This document shows positions 1 through 14,897 of a stretch of 64,000 nt of DNA, piece after piece. Under the pieces are notes generated by a model. The model made no database searches and was not told the origin of the DNA. It was given only the letters and a program-made list of their open reading frames with translations. Position numbers and translations under genes: made by a program. The DNA is from Iphione sp. A-MEVVRFRX5 (Eukaryota), in the NCBI GenBank assembly GCA_976226885.1, contig OZ320318.1, positions 26,598,001 to 26,662,000 on the forward strand, read 5' to 3'. The number at the start of each line of letters is the position of its first letter. Position 1 is the stretch's first letter.

Positions 1-3000
1 ACGTTCTTGTGTTAGACTACATCATATCATTGATCCTCCTGGTATGAGCAGCGCAGTCAACCTATCTAGCAAAAACAGATAAATCAATCCAGGCATTCCT
101 GACTGTCTATGCGGTAATATCGTGTAATTAGACAGGACAAGCCTCAATTTTAAGAGGTACTATACATGGATTTGCGCCTTATAATAGAGAGATGCCGTCA
201 TTTGCCTGTTGTGGGCTGATTAATGCGATGTGGCACCATTTTGGTCGGTACGCGTCTTTGAAAGATGAAGCATGGGGTCATCAGAGTTTCCTTCGGTTGG
301 ACAATCCAAACGTCGCTCCTCTGCGATGGCTTTTTGACCCGGGGCGGCGCCCCACTTCCTCTTTCAGGCGTCTATTGGCTACATTAAACCTTGATTACGA
401 TGTGTGGCAGCTGGCGGTCGCCTGCTGAGGGCGAGGGAGGACTCACGGCTTTTAGCATGATCAGTGCTCGACACGGCCTGCGGTTGTGTCGATCAGCAGA
501 AGGCAATCACGGGGGCCGCAGGCACCGACGTGAATTTGCGTCTCTCTGTGTGATGTGTATTAGACTGTCTCCGCATTCTTCTACACAGAGCGTTAGGCTA
601 CTTGGCTTCGGTAAGAGGAGTGGGTCTTCCATCAACACCAATCATGTGATTACACCTCACGGTGTTCTCCTTGTAACACGAACACACCTCTATCGGTGTA
701 GATAACGTGTGAGCAGCTCACTAAGAGATGGCGGTCTCATGAGCAACTGCGCCTTTCCTAAACCATGGGGCAAACCGAATACCCGCCCAGATATCTTAAT
801 TAAAACTCGCAATGTGATCGACACAGCTCAGTGGACATGTATAGCTATTCCCGCAACTATTCATTACAGCCCTATGCGTCTATGTCTGAATTGAACTGCC
901 ACACATAAAGCATTTCATTTTCACAACAGCAACATATACAGGTGTGCTATACACCATACTGTTCTCAACATAGGATGCAAAAAAAAAACAAGACGAGTTG
1001 AAAACTCCTGTCAACCATCAGTGTAATATCTCATGGTTCAACGTGCGATTTAAATACTTATACCAATTGTTTTTTGAGAGAAGCATTAATCGCATTAATC
1101 TGAGCAGCTCTGGAGTTGTTAACTGTAAAAGCGACATTTGAAATGGAAGCAAAACTATCAAACTCTATAGAGCAAGTATGCTTTTTGGAAATTATCAAAT
1201 TACTGTTGTTCTGCTTTACGTTGAACGGAGAAGTAGGAACTGCAGTGCAGTTGGGTACATTTGCACATAACATACAAAAGCAACACAGTAATTTTACCAG
1301 GAAGTTCATGCCGCTCCCAGGTTGTGTCGCTTGCAAACAGGAAATAGCATCAGCTAACTGGTAAGCATGGATGAAAGGGCTCTGGAACGTGCTGAATAGA
1401 GTGCAAAGGAATAAGGCATGGAGCCAAATGCTAATAATGTTTAGCAAACATTTTAAACGGATTGAAGTGAATATCATGCATTTGATGTGCCAATGATGAC
1501 TAAATAACACGTGATTAATGCATGGTTTTATAATCTACTGGTGTTTATGTTCTGTTCTCCGTGACGATGTGCGCGTGTTTCGCTTCTGAAAGGCTTTCAC
1601 GTGAGTGGTCATGAGGTATACTAACGCGTCTACGGTACTGACACGGTAATCTGCCCATACACAGCTTTTCTATTAAAGAAACGTGACGCTTCTGAATGCT
1701 GCCAATCTGTGCTAGTGCCAAGTGACACCCGACCGCCGTTGACACATGTAAGAGATGGTACCCTCGGTCTAGGTTAGCCTGCAATTGCGAGCCAACGCAG
1801 GTTACAGGAGCTGCTTTCAGGAGCAAGGGTCCTGCGCTTAGAAGGAGTAATGCAAATACCGTGTCAGGGGAGGACAGACAAGTACTAGACACTAGCTTCT
1901 TGAGTGTACTTACATGTCAGTGTCCGCTAGATTGAATGGCCCATTCGAGGGGGGTTTTGCAAGGCCATCCCTTGTCTGAGTTGAGTTTGAGGAGGTCTCA
2001 TGCCCTGTCAGCTCCGGAGGTCTCTCGGTGCAAGGTTAAAGGTGGCGAGGGAGTTTCAAGGAGTTGTCGGCGATTACTTCTCCGAGTTGCTCACACCCCG
2101 TCGCCTTCCCTTCCGTCGGCGGCGCCTGTAGCAGACGCCGACTGCCTCTGGGTCAGAGCAGCGGGTGCTGGCTGTGCGGCCTGCCGACCGGGGAGGCGTT
2201 GCTACCCGTCAATACCCGGCGTGGCTGTGAAACCCGGTGGCTTTGCGCTAGCGCGTCAGGGTGATGACCGCCTCAGTCCTACTGCCAAAGCCGGACATCT
2301 GCGGGCAGTTGTGATGTTGACGGAGCAAGGTCTATGGTGGCTGGTGGGTCAGCTGACCTTCCTCTCTCTCGCTCTCTCACTTTCCTTGGTAAACGGGAAC
2401 CATTATATACACTTTTCCAGCACCCTCAAGTCAAGTGGATTATTCAACGCGTCCGTTATCGTCATATAGTCAATACATGAAACTCGGTATGCAGCTGTCA
2501 GAGGGGTTTCATGGCACCCAGCTGTCACACGGGTAACATGTAGACACTTAAGGGAGTAAAGCTGACGTCTATCACACTGCTGGAACGGGATCAAGGCACA
2601 TTGGTAATGAGCAATACACAGATGTGCCCACTACATGCAGCTGGGTGAGGAGCAGTTCAACTGTAGCTGTAGTCTTAAAGCAACGGGAACAGCGTGCTCG
2701 CCATCCATTATATATGCTCCCTAGCAATCTGCCAAACTACTATCCCATTGCCCAGGTCCCGATTACGCACATCCAATGGGAGCTTTCCTTGTCACTGGTG
2801 TCGTCCTATAGACGTCATTCTGACGTTGCCGGCCTAAATGTGCGAAGCCCTGCTGACACGTGGCTTCCATGCGCCCTATCTCCAGTGTGGCTTCTTTCCT
2901 AGTGCAGTCGTGCTAACGGCTCGCCGCCAAGAGTACCTCCTGCCGCCTAGCGGCCAGATGTGGAACCATACCGCGCTGGTCCTCTTACATGCTGCACAGT

Positions 3001-6000
3001 GTGCACTTAGTGAGGCATTGTTATTTCTGGTTCCTACACAAACAAACAAGCAGGTGATTTGGGCGTTAACACCGGCTACGTTTTCAGAAACATTCACAGC
3101 TTCCCATAGTGCTACATCTTGGCGGCGACACTGATTTGCTTGTTGGCGTGAAGGCCACCAGAAGAAAGGCACAGTGTCAGTTCTACGCACAGAAAGAACT
3201 GCAGTTGTGATAGTACATAGAGGGTAGGTTACCACGATTCCCAGTCAATAAATCATGCGGTAGGCGAATTCTGAGGCGTCGCCGTGTCTTGGAGCGGCAG
3301 ACGACTGCCAGGGGCATGGATCTGTGAGTTGTAATACTACCTGTGAGCGGCAGGTAATCTAATCGGCAGGTAGTGGCCGGGTCTAGAGGGAATAGACATG
3401 TCTAACACCCATAACGTCACCCATCCAAATAGAGCAATTCGGTATGACCTGTTAGAAACTGAGATGCCAACCACTCGTATATTACGCACCGTGCATGGGG
3501 GAGGGGGATGCACACGGTATACTGACGCGTGTGGTGGGGATAGGACCCGTTGTGATTTGGGAGAGAAGGTTTACTGTAAGATGATAAGATGATGTATGTT
3601 GGACAGAGCACACGACCTCCGGTAGCGCCTCATATATGGTGTGTATTTGTATATAGACGCATGGGATGTTGCTTGCCTTTGAAAGATACCCTTTGGATGC
3701 AATTATGGTGTACGGTAGACGGCATCCCATCAATATTGAAGCTCCCACCACAGAGAAGCTACCACTACTACTACTACCGAACACGTTCACTGGGACGTTG
3801 TAGTGATCGCACGCCGAACACGGGAGGAACAGGACAGCCCTTCCCCTATTACACTGACTGAAATGAAGAGAGCCCGTCTGTCCAAGTAACCATGTTAGAT
3901 CATGACGCGGTAATGACCCCCCTTGTCCGGAGCACATGGTCGCTACATGCAGACTGAAGACCGATGAATCCATGTCCCGTGCGGATAGAGGAGACCACCA
4001 GTTATGCGGTAATGGTGGCGTCACACAGCATCCTCCACCTGGGTAAACCGCCCAGTGAGACGCGCGACGCAACGATCAGCCGGGATTCGATAAAGATGGT
4101 GCCCTGTCCAATCTTACGTGTATAACCTCCGTTAATATAAGATAGAATATATATGTGCGTATCCATCTAGCCATATACATGTGTGCATAGCCTATGTGTG
4201 TTTATAAACACGTGTGTATACACGTATATGTATATACGTGTATATTTAATTTATGCATACTTTTAGAGATACATGTATGAATTCCTGAACATGTGCAGAT
4301 AAACAGATCGACAGACTTAGAGGCGTTCATTTGTGCGCATACGGGGGTCTATATGCAAACATAATATGCACATATATACATGTACATGTATGATGTGTAC
4401 ACATGACTGTAAGCAGGAACATAATGGACATGCCCTATCCTATACACAGATGCCGTCATGTGAACCTACCAATTTGCCCACAGCCTATTCACGTCTCCCT
4501 AGGCTATCGATACAGTCTTCCAATCATTGTAGTCCTGCCGTCATTGCGCCACAGAAGAGCTCGATGGCAGCCCGTTCAGCTGACTCCCCAGCCCTCGCCA
4601 ACCCTCTCCGCCTTTCAGGCGGTCCTTCCTGCCTGGTCGGCAGGGAAAACACGCCCAAATGCCTATTCACTCGTACATATATGTCTATCGATATATGGCT
4701 ATTGGGCGTACGCTAATCTAGGAATCGATCAAGGTTGTCTAGTCAGTCACAAACAGCGCGAATCCACCATAATACCTCTCATTTCCCAAACCAAATGACT
4801 CCTGTTCTCCGTGGCTTAGGGCTACACGAATATATAAGTACAATCGGAATAGTCAGAAAGAGAGAAGCTGCAGACGAATATAGCAAATCTCCTTGGGCGC
4901 TAATTCTAGCCTGCAAATCGGCTGAGAGTAATCAGGCGGTCACCCAGATCCTATCCTGCTAATCTGCATCCTTAGCGAGTCAGAGCAACGGCTCGATAAA
5001 CTCATCCCGACAGCTCAGAAGCTGCGAACAATCCACTTTATTCATATCAGTTGTCCATAATGCACCCCGGTAATTTATGTTTACATTGCGTTCGTGTGTG
5101 CTTACCCATTCAAGCGAACCCCCCTCCATGAGTGTTTGCTGTTCTTGCTGATCGATTGCGTTTACACTTTAAATTTTCATGGGCATTTCTGCCGAGCCTG
5201 TTAATCTTGAGAGGGTATCATCTGGACGTTTTCTACGTACCTACTTTTGAATATATCTGACAATTTTATATGGATATATACTTTGCATTTCGCACCAGTT
5301 CAAGGGAATCGGGGTGATCCTTGAAGACCTTACCTCAGTCGATTTTGCCTGGCTCATTTAGATGTCATTTGATCATAAGCCTGGTCGCCTTACCCAGAGA
5401 TCAAAACATTGCCGTCCACATTCTGGTGCGGCTGTTGCCTTTAATTCCCACTACATCCGATATTATGTACCGATGTAGCCCGTGGCTGAGCATCAGTGTT
5501 AACGGCGCGGGTCGGGCAGACAAGTGGGAGGGAGGGGTTATGTTGTCGGAGGCCGCTGGGTGGCGGCACAGTAGGGGCAAGGTCTCCCTGCCCAACTCGA
5601 TGTGGATCGTCTTGCACGTAACCCTACGCGCTATCCCCGCAACACTCACTTACAAAGCGCGGCCCCAATCTCACCCTATGGATCAATAGATGTCTAGTAC
5701 ATTAAATGCCACGCCTACCGATTTTTAGTTCTATATATTGACTGGGCACCGCACCAGTATCCGCTGTAGCCATGGCCGGGTGCCCAGGTGTCTTACGTTG
5801 GAAAACGCTCGTTGCTCGGTAAATGGCCGTTTTTTTATGCCCGTACCCTCGGCCAAGTCGATAATGAATGACTTTGCAAGCAGTGAGGGAAGGGCCCCGT
5901 TCCTTGCCATTGTAAAATTCTTAGAACAGGATGGAAAGACACACTCACGATGCATATACGAATTAGAAAAGGAAATTAATGGCTCTGTAAATGAGAAATA

Positions 6001-7363
6001 AAACAAAGGATAAGTTATAGTGTAACATAAGAAAACGCGACTTTTTGTTGTGACACTGCAAGGTCTAGGAATGCGATATAAATTCCTTACAAACGTGAAA
6101 CTAAGGGCACGTTACGCAGCGTGCAGCAGTATAACTTATCTACGAGAATTATTAAGAGTTAGTAATAGAAAACTTAAGAAAAGACATTATGAATATACTC
6201 GCATAGATTGAGAGGATACCATCGCAGATGGACATTTCTAAGCATTGGCCTAACGAGGCCGTATACCGTTTCATATTTATTTCTATACATTTACGACTTT
6301 TTGCGGTAGAACTCTGTAAATGTCCGAATGAAAATTGTTCATTGTAGCATTTGCAAACCATCCATGATATAGATATCCAACGACAAGGTGGAAGGAATTA
6401 TCATTTCGACATGAAATGTTCTAAACTTCGAATTCCTCAATATACCGATACTATTTCTAATGTAAAAACTAATCTAAAAGTAGATTTATTTTCATATTAT
6501 ATAGTGATTCGACACTCCAGATGATTCAGAACTCCAGACAGGATTTTGCATTAAGATAAACACAGCATATCCTTAGGCGCGTGTATTTCAGCGTGGATGC
6601 GTATGAGTTGGTATGAGCTAGAAGGTGAAGTAAGCTACCTTCCATAGTATGGTAACCCGTGCCTAGGTGCATTGCTGGTTGAGTGTAAATGTGAAAAAAT
6701 GACAACACTGACAACATTGTACTTCATTGTGTGCACGTGTGTATACATATACATGTACATGTGTATGGTGCTTGGTTTTTCTGCCAGTCGCATCTTTATA
6801 AGATCCCTATAGATTCATGGCTATCAAATAGAAAGTTATTGAATTATATGTGCATCTATTTATCTGTCTTAAAGCTTCACAAATTCGCTCTAAAAGCGGT
6901 AAAATTCTTAACAGACTACACATCTTCAGAGGGTTTTGAGATGCGCATCACTTGAGTTATTTCTAGAGGTGTGGTGCTTTATAATTAGCACGTGATACAT
7001 GTATACCAGTCATTTACCTCAATAGAATCTATATGTATATAATTGAAAAGTTTAATTTAATTTGGCAAATTCAACAGACGTGAGGTTGCGTAAATTCAGA
7101 CTAGACCATTATGTATTGCAGTCATATTCTATGTGTTAAAATAGTACTCAGTGGACAAACATACAAACAAACATAGTGCACTATCATAGTTTCAATTAGC
7201 AATGTGCCTTGAGCAGTTTTTTGAGGGAATGATCTTTCTGAAAATTTGCAGTCTAGTAGAAGCTCTCTCGTGCAAAGTTTGAACCAAGTTTCTATCTGAT
7301 ATATTGTCATTTTTAGAAATACTACAAAGATCTAATACATTAGCATTCAGTGAGAATATTATA

Positions 7364-8004
7364 CAGTTAGACCTCTCTAATCAGGACACCCTGGGTTCTT
7401 CCTCAATTCGTCCACATTGTAGAGGTGTCCTGATTGGAGAAGCAGTCAGTAGTATAGGAAATGAAATAACAACAGACTTTAATATACAGATATGTGTCTT
7501 TATTATTCAAAACACAGTTAAATAATGGAAAATAATGGAATATTACAATAAATTAGAACAAATACATACAAGTGGAATAATTTAAATACAAATGCAATTA
7601 TTTCTTGTACCACAAAATTCATAAGGTTCAAAAAAAGTGCTGATTTCAAGGTGTGAGAGACATCAGAGAGGTTGCTGTTGACACCCCTGGTGGGTATAGA
7701 CTGCTAATTGGCAGGTTTAGACCATGAATTGGGGGGGTTTAAACTGCGAATAGGTGGGTTTAGACTGATTTCAAGGTGTGAATTCACATTTCACGGTGCA
7801 AATTCACACAAAAACATGTACACAGGCTTGAAGCTCTACCCTTTGATGGTGTCCACAGGGAGAAGCTCTTCTAAAATGGGTGTCCTGATTAGGGAGGTCC
7901 TCTTATAATGCTTAACTATAGGAAACATTTTGGTTCTTCTCCAAATCGTCCACATTTTGGAGGTGTCCTTATCCCAGAGGTGTCCACAAGGGGAAGTCCT
8001 ACTG
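7364..8004. mobile_element. Related TA-flanked non-autonomous DNA transposon (composite)
   Basis: TA|CAGTTAGACCTC... and ...GAAGTCCTACTG|TA ends; repeated AGGACACC and GGTGTCCTGATT motifs shared with the element at 23854. Confidence 0.55.
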
Positions 8005-11000
8005 TATAATAGAAAGGAACATTCACCATAAGAAAGTTTAATCTTTCAGCTTTAATTTGATGTGCAATGTGTATATATTGTATATGAATAAGGTAATAGA
8101 AAAATTATGTGCAAGTAACTATCCCCTACTCCTTACATATCTTCTGTTCATATTTCATAAAAATACTTTTTGAATGTTAGGCCTGAAAATAATTCGGTGT
8201 TTCCAGTAACATACTGAAGAAACATAAGGTTGGTAGGTTGCTAGTTTAGGTAAATCTATCATGGTGTCACGTGTTAGTCAGTTGTCTACACAGTTCCTAT
8301 GGGACAAGATTTCACCTAATTCTTCTCTTTTTGTGGTAGGAAACCTTTTATAATTCAATAGTCACTTATGCAATTTTAAAAATTCAAAAAGAAAATAAAG
8401 GAGAGGGTGTGCTCTATCTGCTAGATGCAGTGTTAATGTCTTAGAACAGATTTCCAAAATTGTGTCACTGCTATTTCAATGCGTGAGGCTCCTTTATTCG
8501 ATAAATGTGAACGTTTAGACCCTACAAAATTAATCATCTTAGAATAACATATCTTAAGATGTTTAACATTGAGAAGTGATACGATCTGGACAAACACTAT
8601 TAAAGAGGTCACGAGTGCCTTCCAGAAGAGGAGCAGAGATATTCATCAAATAATTTGGTGAAAGAGAACAATGATTATCCTTTGTACATTTTCGTAGTGG
8701 ATCGACTCGAACGATACGCAGTGAAACGACAGAAGGAAGGAGACAGAGAGCAAGAGGCGATGGTCAAAGATGATACCTTTGCTACGAATGTGTGGCAGAC
8801 AGAAAGGAGATGATGGACTCTGATATACTACGCAGCAGAACCTTCCCTGGAAGGTAACGAGTTTTGTAATTACCCTCGAGCGCTTCTCTTATCAAGATGG
8901 CCTCTGAATTACAAAGTCAATTGCAACAGTTTACAAAGCGTCCCTCGATTTGTTATACAAAATGCATGTAGCATCACTTTTGTAAGAGTCGTTCGGAGTG
9001 AGTTTAGAAAAAAAAACACGTCAATTTACAAAGCTCAATACCTCCAAGGCAGACATTTCCATGCATTATCTCTTTAGAAATCGTCAACATCAACGTCACA
9101 TCGAAGCAACTATGGGTATGCGAATATAACATCGTGGAATCATTATGAAGTGATATGCGGTACACGATACTACATTGAATAAAACAAACCTTCCCCCTGA
9201 TTTTCCTCATCTACATTCATGAGACTAAGCGTTGGTATGATTCAGCGGAAAATCAACAGTTGGATAGGCACCAACTGAGGCGTCCTTATGTGAAATGTTC
9301 TTAAATTATTATTTAAAAGGACATCTTATTTTTTTTCTGAAACTATTGTTTAAACTTTATTCGTCTCACTTTTATAAACTTAAACCTTGAGATGATGAGT
9401 GTGATCATGTGTACTCAAATCTTTGTGGGCTAAGTTTCCAGCAATATGTTCCGGTATGTGTATAGTACGGCACACACAAGATACCGTAATTTTATTACAA
9501 AAGGAATTGAACGATTTCTCAGCTGCATTAGTCAGTGCTGTATCAAATATTTGAATCGCGAAGCGTGCAGTACAGTAGAAATGCAGGGCTGAAGCTTTCG
9601 CTCTTCGCCATATGACAATCGCACGAAAGGATAATTCCAAACAAGGTCACGTCAATTGAAATACTGCGACAGTGTCTAGCTGTGCTGCCAGCGACTTTCA
9701 TAATATTCCCACCTCTTGTTTGATCCATCGCGGAGTTCCATCAGGCGAGGCGAGGGGAGTGGCAGCTACTGGAGTTTTGGATGGCGCCTTTGTCAACCAT
9801 GCCCCCCAGAATGGGTGACACTGCTGTCTGCCGCGGTGCTACCGGTACAATATATCATAGAGCACAGGGGGTGGAGGTCAGGATGGCATGTCTAACTGCA
9901 AACGCTTCGATCTGGAACGATTTATTTTAATCCCGGAAAAGGGCGTGTTCAAATGCTTCAATAACATGTGGGGTAAAATATAATCAGATTAAGACATACT
10001 TGAAAGGAACTTTAGAAAAACTACATGCGCTGGGGCGGAACCTGTATCGTCCAGTAAAACTAGTGAAAAGGGTGCATTCGTTCTTGATATTAAAAGCATA
10101 TTCATTGTCTTTATTGAGGTGACCATGACTTAAGAGATTGCTAACGTCTTTAAAGGAGTAGGAAATAACTCAAACACGATAAGCGTACCAATTCTGGTCA
10201 TAGTAAAGTCGAGAGATGTGTTAAATATACCATGGTTTGAGATTTATAGCAGGCACATGGCAATATTAGAGTACAACTTCACTGTACCTCAGGGTTAACG
10301 TAACAAAGCAGGCACCGCTGGTCCTCATTTTCAACGTTTGTGGGATCCATAGCGTGTCCTCCTGCTGACAGTGAGCATGTCACATCTGCTCACAAAGCCT
10401 CGATTGATGAGTCCAGCCTTCGAGCGTGCTCCGCTTCCATCCTCGAACTCTAACACTATGCCACCGACTTGATAACGTGCTGAAACGGGCACATTTAGAG
10501 GCTTTGGTTTTTTCCCACTCCCACACCACTCAGTTTCACCCAGCAGCCTGTCTGCCTGAGCTGCCTGTTTTATTGACGTATGGCTGACAGGCTTGAAGCC
10601 CACACTCCCGGACCATCAGGACCTTCTTTGTGTCAAAACCTTTGCTTCTTATATCTCACCACAGAGCAATATGGTGCAATTTCAGATTTCGGGAGAATTG
10701 TGTTGTTTTCCATTTCGCGAAAAAGAAAATAAATTAAATCAACAAATTTTTCAAGAATAAAATCCCTTACAAAGCAGCTGTATTGGTGTTGGGAGATTGC
10801 TCCCAAATCATGAGCATTTAATTGCATAGTTATTATGTCCTCGTCTATTCGGAGTGTCATTTTATATCTCTCAGTGGAGGTAGGTATTTATGCTTCAAGG
10901 TCTCTCATTAATGTTAGTCGCAAATGGGAAGGATTAATCCATCCACGCCATAAGTAAGCAGACTTTGTCATGCGCCACTCCTGTCAGTCGTGGGTTTTGT

Positions 11001-14000
11001 ACAGATTATCCTGCTGAAATGGAGCAAATTACTCCAGGGTAGGGGCTAACTGAGCTTTGATGGGCATGTGTATTACATCAGTCAGGCTCTATCCTCTGTC
11101 TGCATCAATAGAACAGAAAACTATTCAGTAAAGGCTTTAAGTAAGTAAATTTTCAGAACCACGAGTAATATGTACACGTACCCAGGTAAGATTGCCTTGA
11201 TCATTAATCCCAAGTCTATTTTTTTATCCAATTTTTGAGTGAACTTCGCCCAGCTATACCTATCGTTCAAGATGGGAATAGAAAGTGAATGCCATTATCA
11301 GCTGTGTCATTTAACTGATCTTCGAACAGGCATGATGCAAGGAGACGACAGACCAAAAAGACGTAGAATAGAGAAGCATACCCCCACCAAAGTAGTTATA
11401 TGTAATAATCAGATTTGGACGTGCGAAGAAACTGTAGTTACTCGTGATATGACAAGGTATATAATCTGCGTCTGCAGTGGCTGCGCGTGACATCCACTGT
11501 GAAAAAAAGCATATCCAATTTAGCCCGGTCTTTGATGCATTGCCTGCAATAACCCATAGGGGCATCCCAGATATCCTCAAGTGCTGGCCAGCCAAAAGGC
11601 AATAGTCCTCTTTGTAGAGCAGTCTGTGAGAAAGGATGAGCCGTAGGGGAGAAGAGTAGGTGTGACCCAATACGTTCAGGATAAAGAAGTGTCTGGGGCT
11701 AAGTTCCTCCCAAACGGTCCTCTCGTGTCCTGCCTTAAATGCCACCAGGAAGCAGGTCCGTTTCCACTGACAGTCTACAGCCAAGAATGCCTTGGCGTCG
11801 GTGGCAGTGAAATCGTCCGAACTTGTCAAATTACTTTAATACCCCACATCGATTTCCCACTAGAGAGCATAACGCGAACAACACCCGAAAACGTGTGGCC
11901 GAAGAGATTAATAACCACATGAGATCTAAAAAGTACCTCTTTTAATTCTTCTCGAATTCCATCTTAGGCTTCCATTGGATGCATAATATGTAAGGTTTTA
12001 GAGACATTGACATTTAACTACATTTTGAGGAGAGGTTTTCAGTTGCTGTTGGTTGAATGAGCAGCATAGCGAAATGAATGGCACGAAGTCAACCCATCCC
12101 CCAACTTTCTTGATGAATACAGCTATAGGCCAAAATAAGCCGTCGAAAAGGCATAGAGGAGCATGTTCGTGGATTTGACAGAGAGCTTCGCATGTCTTAG
12201 AAAACAAAAGCCTTCCTCCTTTGGGCATGCGATCTGTGGAATGCCTTTCGGCTGGAAAAAAAAACCCTGCAAGCGTCCGATGAACGAGAACAAGTAGTAT
12301 AGGACGCCTGCACTTTGTGGCTGGCAACACCATGCAATCTATATGGGGGAGAATTACCTTCCGCTGGTAATGCACTTTATCACTTTGTGGCAACTCCTAC
12401 TTGGTGTTCATCTATCTCGAGACACGTAAATGGAATAACGAAGCGTGCCGGCTCGTGCATATGTCGCTTGGCCTAAATTTGGATCGACGACTAACAGCCG
12501 GAGCATCTCATTTATTTGCAAATACGCACTCATACCACTGCCTTTCAGCTTCGGCGCTGGTACTAATGGTCGGGAGTTGTCTACATGGTGTATTTCAGTG
12601 GGATAGGAGGCCAGTTTATATGCGTTGGATGCTTGCTCCGATGGCTTGATATGAACTTGACCGTGGGTTACGACAGTACACTGTCCGGTTCATGTGTCTG
12701 ATTCATTAGGGCTCCTTTAGACTTCAGCAATTGACCCTGCCATATGTGTGAGCGGCACGAGAGCCGATTTAAGGACCCCATGCATATTCTCTATGTTTCG
12801 ACGTAAGCTAGATGACCTCAGCCTTTCCTATGGGCGTTTTTATATTCATGGCCACTACTGACCCTGTTGTCTAGGAGATCATAATAATGAGATCGGAGCA
12901 CATTTAAGTAGATCACGGTTTGGCATTCAAAACAAACACATCCGGGCTAATTTCGCATGCCTTTCTCTACACCTCAAGCTACATATCCCTGCTTGTGCGC
13001 CTAAGGTGCGAGAGGAATATTAAATTAACGTTTAACGTTTTGAGAAGTTCACGCCTAATGATTAGGAAGCTACCGCATGCGGATTGAGGCACCTCCATCC
13101 GTCAACATATTTTACAGACAGCACTCTGCAGGACATATTTTGATGGAAATTCCCGTTTTTTTGGTTCACACAGCTGGATAGAGTTGGATAGAAAGGCCCA
13201 TTTACATGGTCGGTGCCATTACTGCCTGTCGACGTCGGCCGTCCGCTACTAGTAGTAGCCCGATGACATTTGAAGCGGAACTGCCGAAAAGAGCCGGGTG
13301 GCTCGGGGCGATGGCGCGCGTCGGACAGTCCTCTTCTGAACCCCCCCCCCCCCTTTTCCACACACACACACATACACACACACACACCTCCACGCTCACT
13401 AACTGCTATTCCACAGCTCGTCTCCCTCATTCCCATGCGCTTTATGGCTGAATTCACAGGCAACACAAAGCTGCTACGAAAACATGGACAGTAATTTATC
13501 CCGGTTATTGGCCGCCATCTGACCGCGCTCTCGTCTTCCGCGTGACTCTACGGGACACACCACGTAACCACCACGTGATGATCCAACGGAACCACGGGAT
13601 ACTTTCATGCCGAGGCCGAAGATCTTGGAGGAGATGCCTTGCTCTATGGTCTGGCGTAGAACACCCTCATTACTGTTCTATCTCTGCCCACCAGGCCTTC
13701 CTTGTCGGAGGCCCTCAAAGTGGCTCTATCTTTTAGTTCCACGAAGCAAGACCGTCCAAACTATCACAATACATATCGTATAGTAATAGGCTGTGGCGGT
13801 GTGGGCATTCGTAAAGTTAGGTCTCTCATGTTATAAAATTCCCCATTGTTATACGTGTATTAAAGGAAGGGACGTATGGTACATAGATAAGGGTAACAAG
13901 GAGGAAAACGTATATATTGACAGAAAATCACAGAATTCGAGAAGGAACAAAATTTGTTACTGAGAAAAAAAATCGTTTATACCTCATGGCTGTCATCCTG

Positions 14001-14897
14001 TGATGCATGTCGAAGATGTTTACGAAATGTTTCTCAACTACTATAATGGTGGAACTCTATCATGACGCGTTCGTCTGAAGCCATTACCACAGCCCTCAGA
14101 TTTACTCTGTTCACGACTAAACTCGCTTGAAAATGTTTCATCTATCAGAAACAACTCTCGTCTGGCGACTTGATTCCTATCCTGACGTTCAATAAATTAT
14201 ATTGTCACAGATCCGTCAAGGTGAGGATCGAATTGGTCTAATCGAACAAAATATCGTATCAACCTAATGGCTGGGCTGTTCCGTAAATGCCAACGGCTCT
14301 AGCGGGCTTCGCTCGCATGTGTCGGCGGAGGCGGAAGCACGTCCCAGTTAATGACTAGGTGACATGCCCCGGGACCTCAGCGGAAATGCCACTCGGTGGA
14401 TGATGTCTTGAGCTTCTCTGTGCACACATTGATTCAGGTATGTAGAGATTATATGTATGTACTTCTGTATGGAGATATAAGCGCGCACTGCCACAGATAC
14501 ACGCACACTTCTCTATGGATCTCATTTCTCTATGGACATATTTCCGTGGATTACTGGACTTTGAATTAGGCTCTGATGTACAGGTTAATCGTAAGTTGCA
14601 CATATACACTCTTAGATGCTCGATATATATATCACTGTAGTATACTGTGCTTTTTTGACAGTTTTGGATGTCATTTTAAACTATCCTGTGAAATTCTGGT
14701 ACAGTGTGGAATCACGGTATCATACTATAGAGCTAGTAAATAAAATATTGCAAATCATGATTGATTAGTACACCAAGCATAATAATTTGGGGTAAAATCT
14801 CTTTGTCATAATATGGTAGACATTTATATGATGCTATATTTTTATGTATAATTTTGATGTAAATATGTATACCATATTATATATACATATATGCACT

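Noticed and set aside
4400-5040. Minus-strand frame with a death-domain-like ending (LEDCIDSLGRRE*AVGKL)
   Set aside because: Many stops, and the resemblance is limited to a few residues.
8690-8860. Exon-like purine-rich segment between ttttcgtag and gtaacg
   Set aside because: Stops in all three frames and no partner exons.
13480-13580. CpG-rich patch with ATTGG, GCCGCCAT and CACGTG motifs as a possible promoter
   Set aside because: No associated gene was found, and it could equally be repeat-derived.
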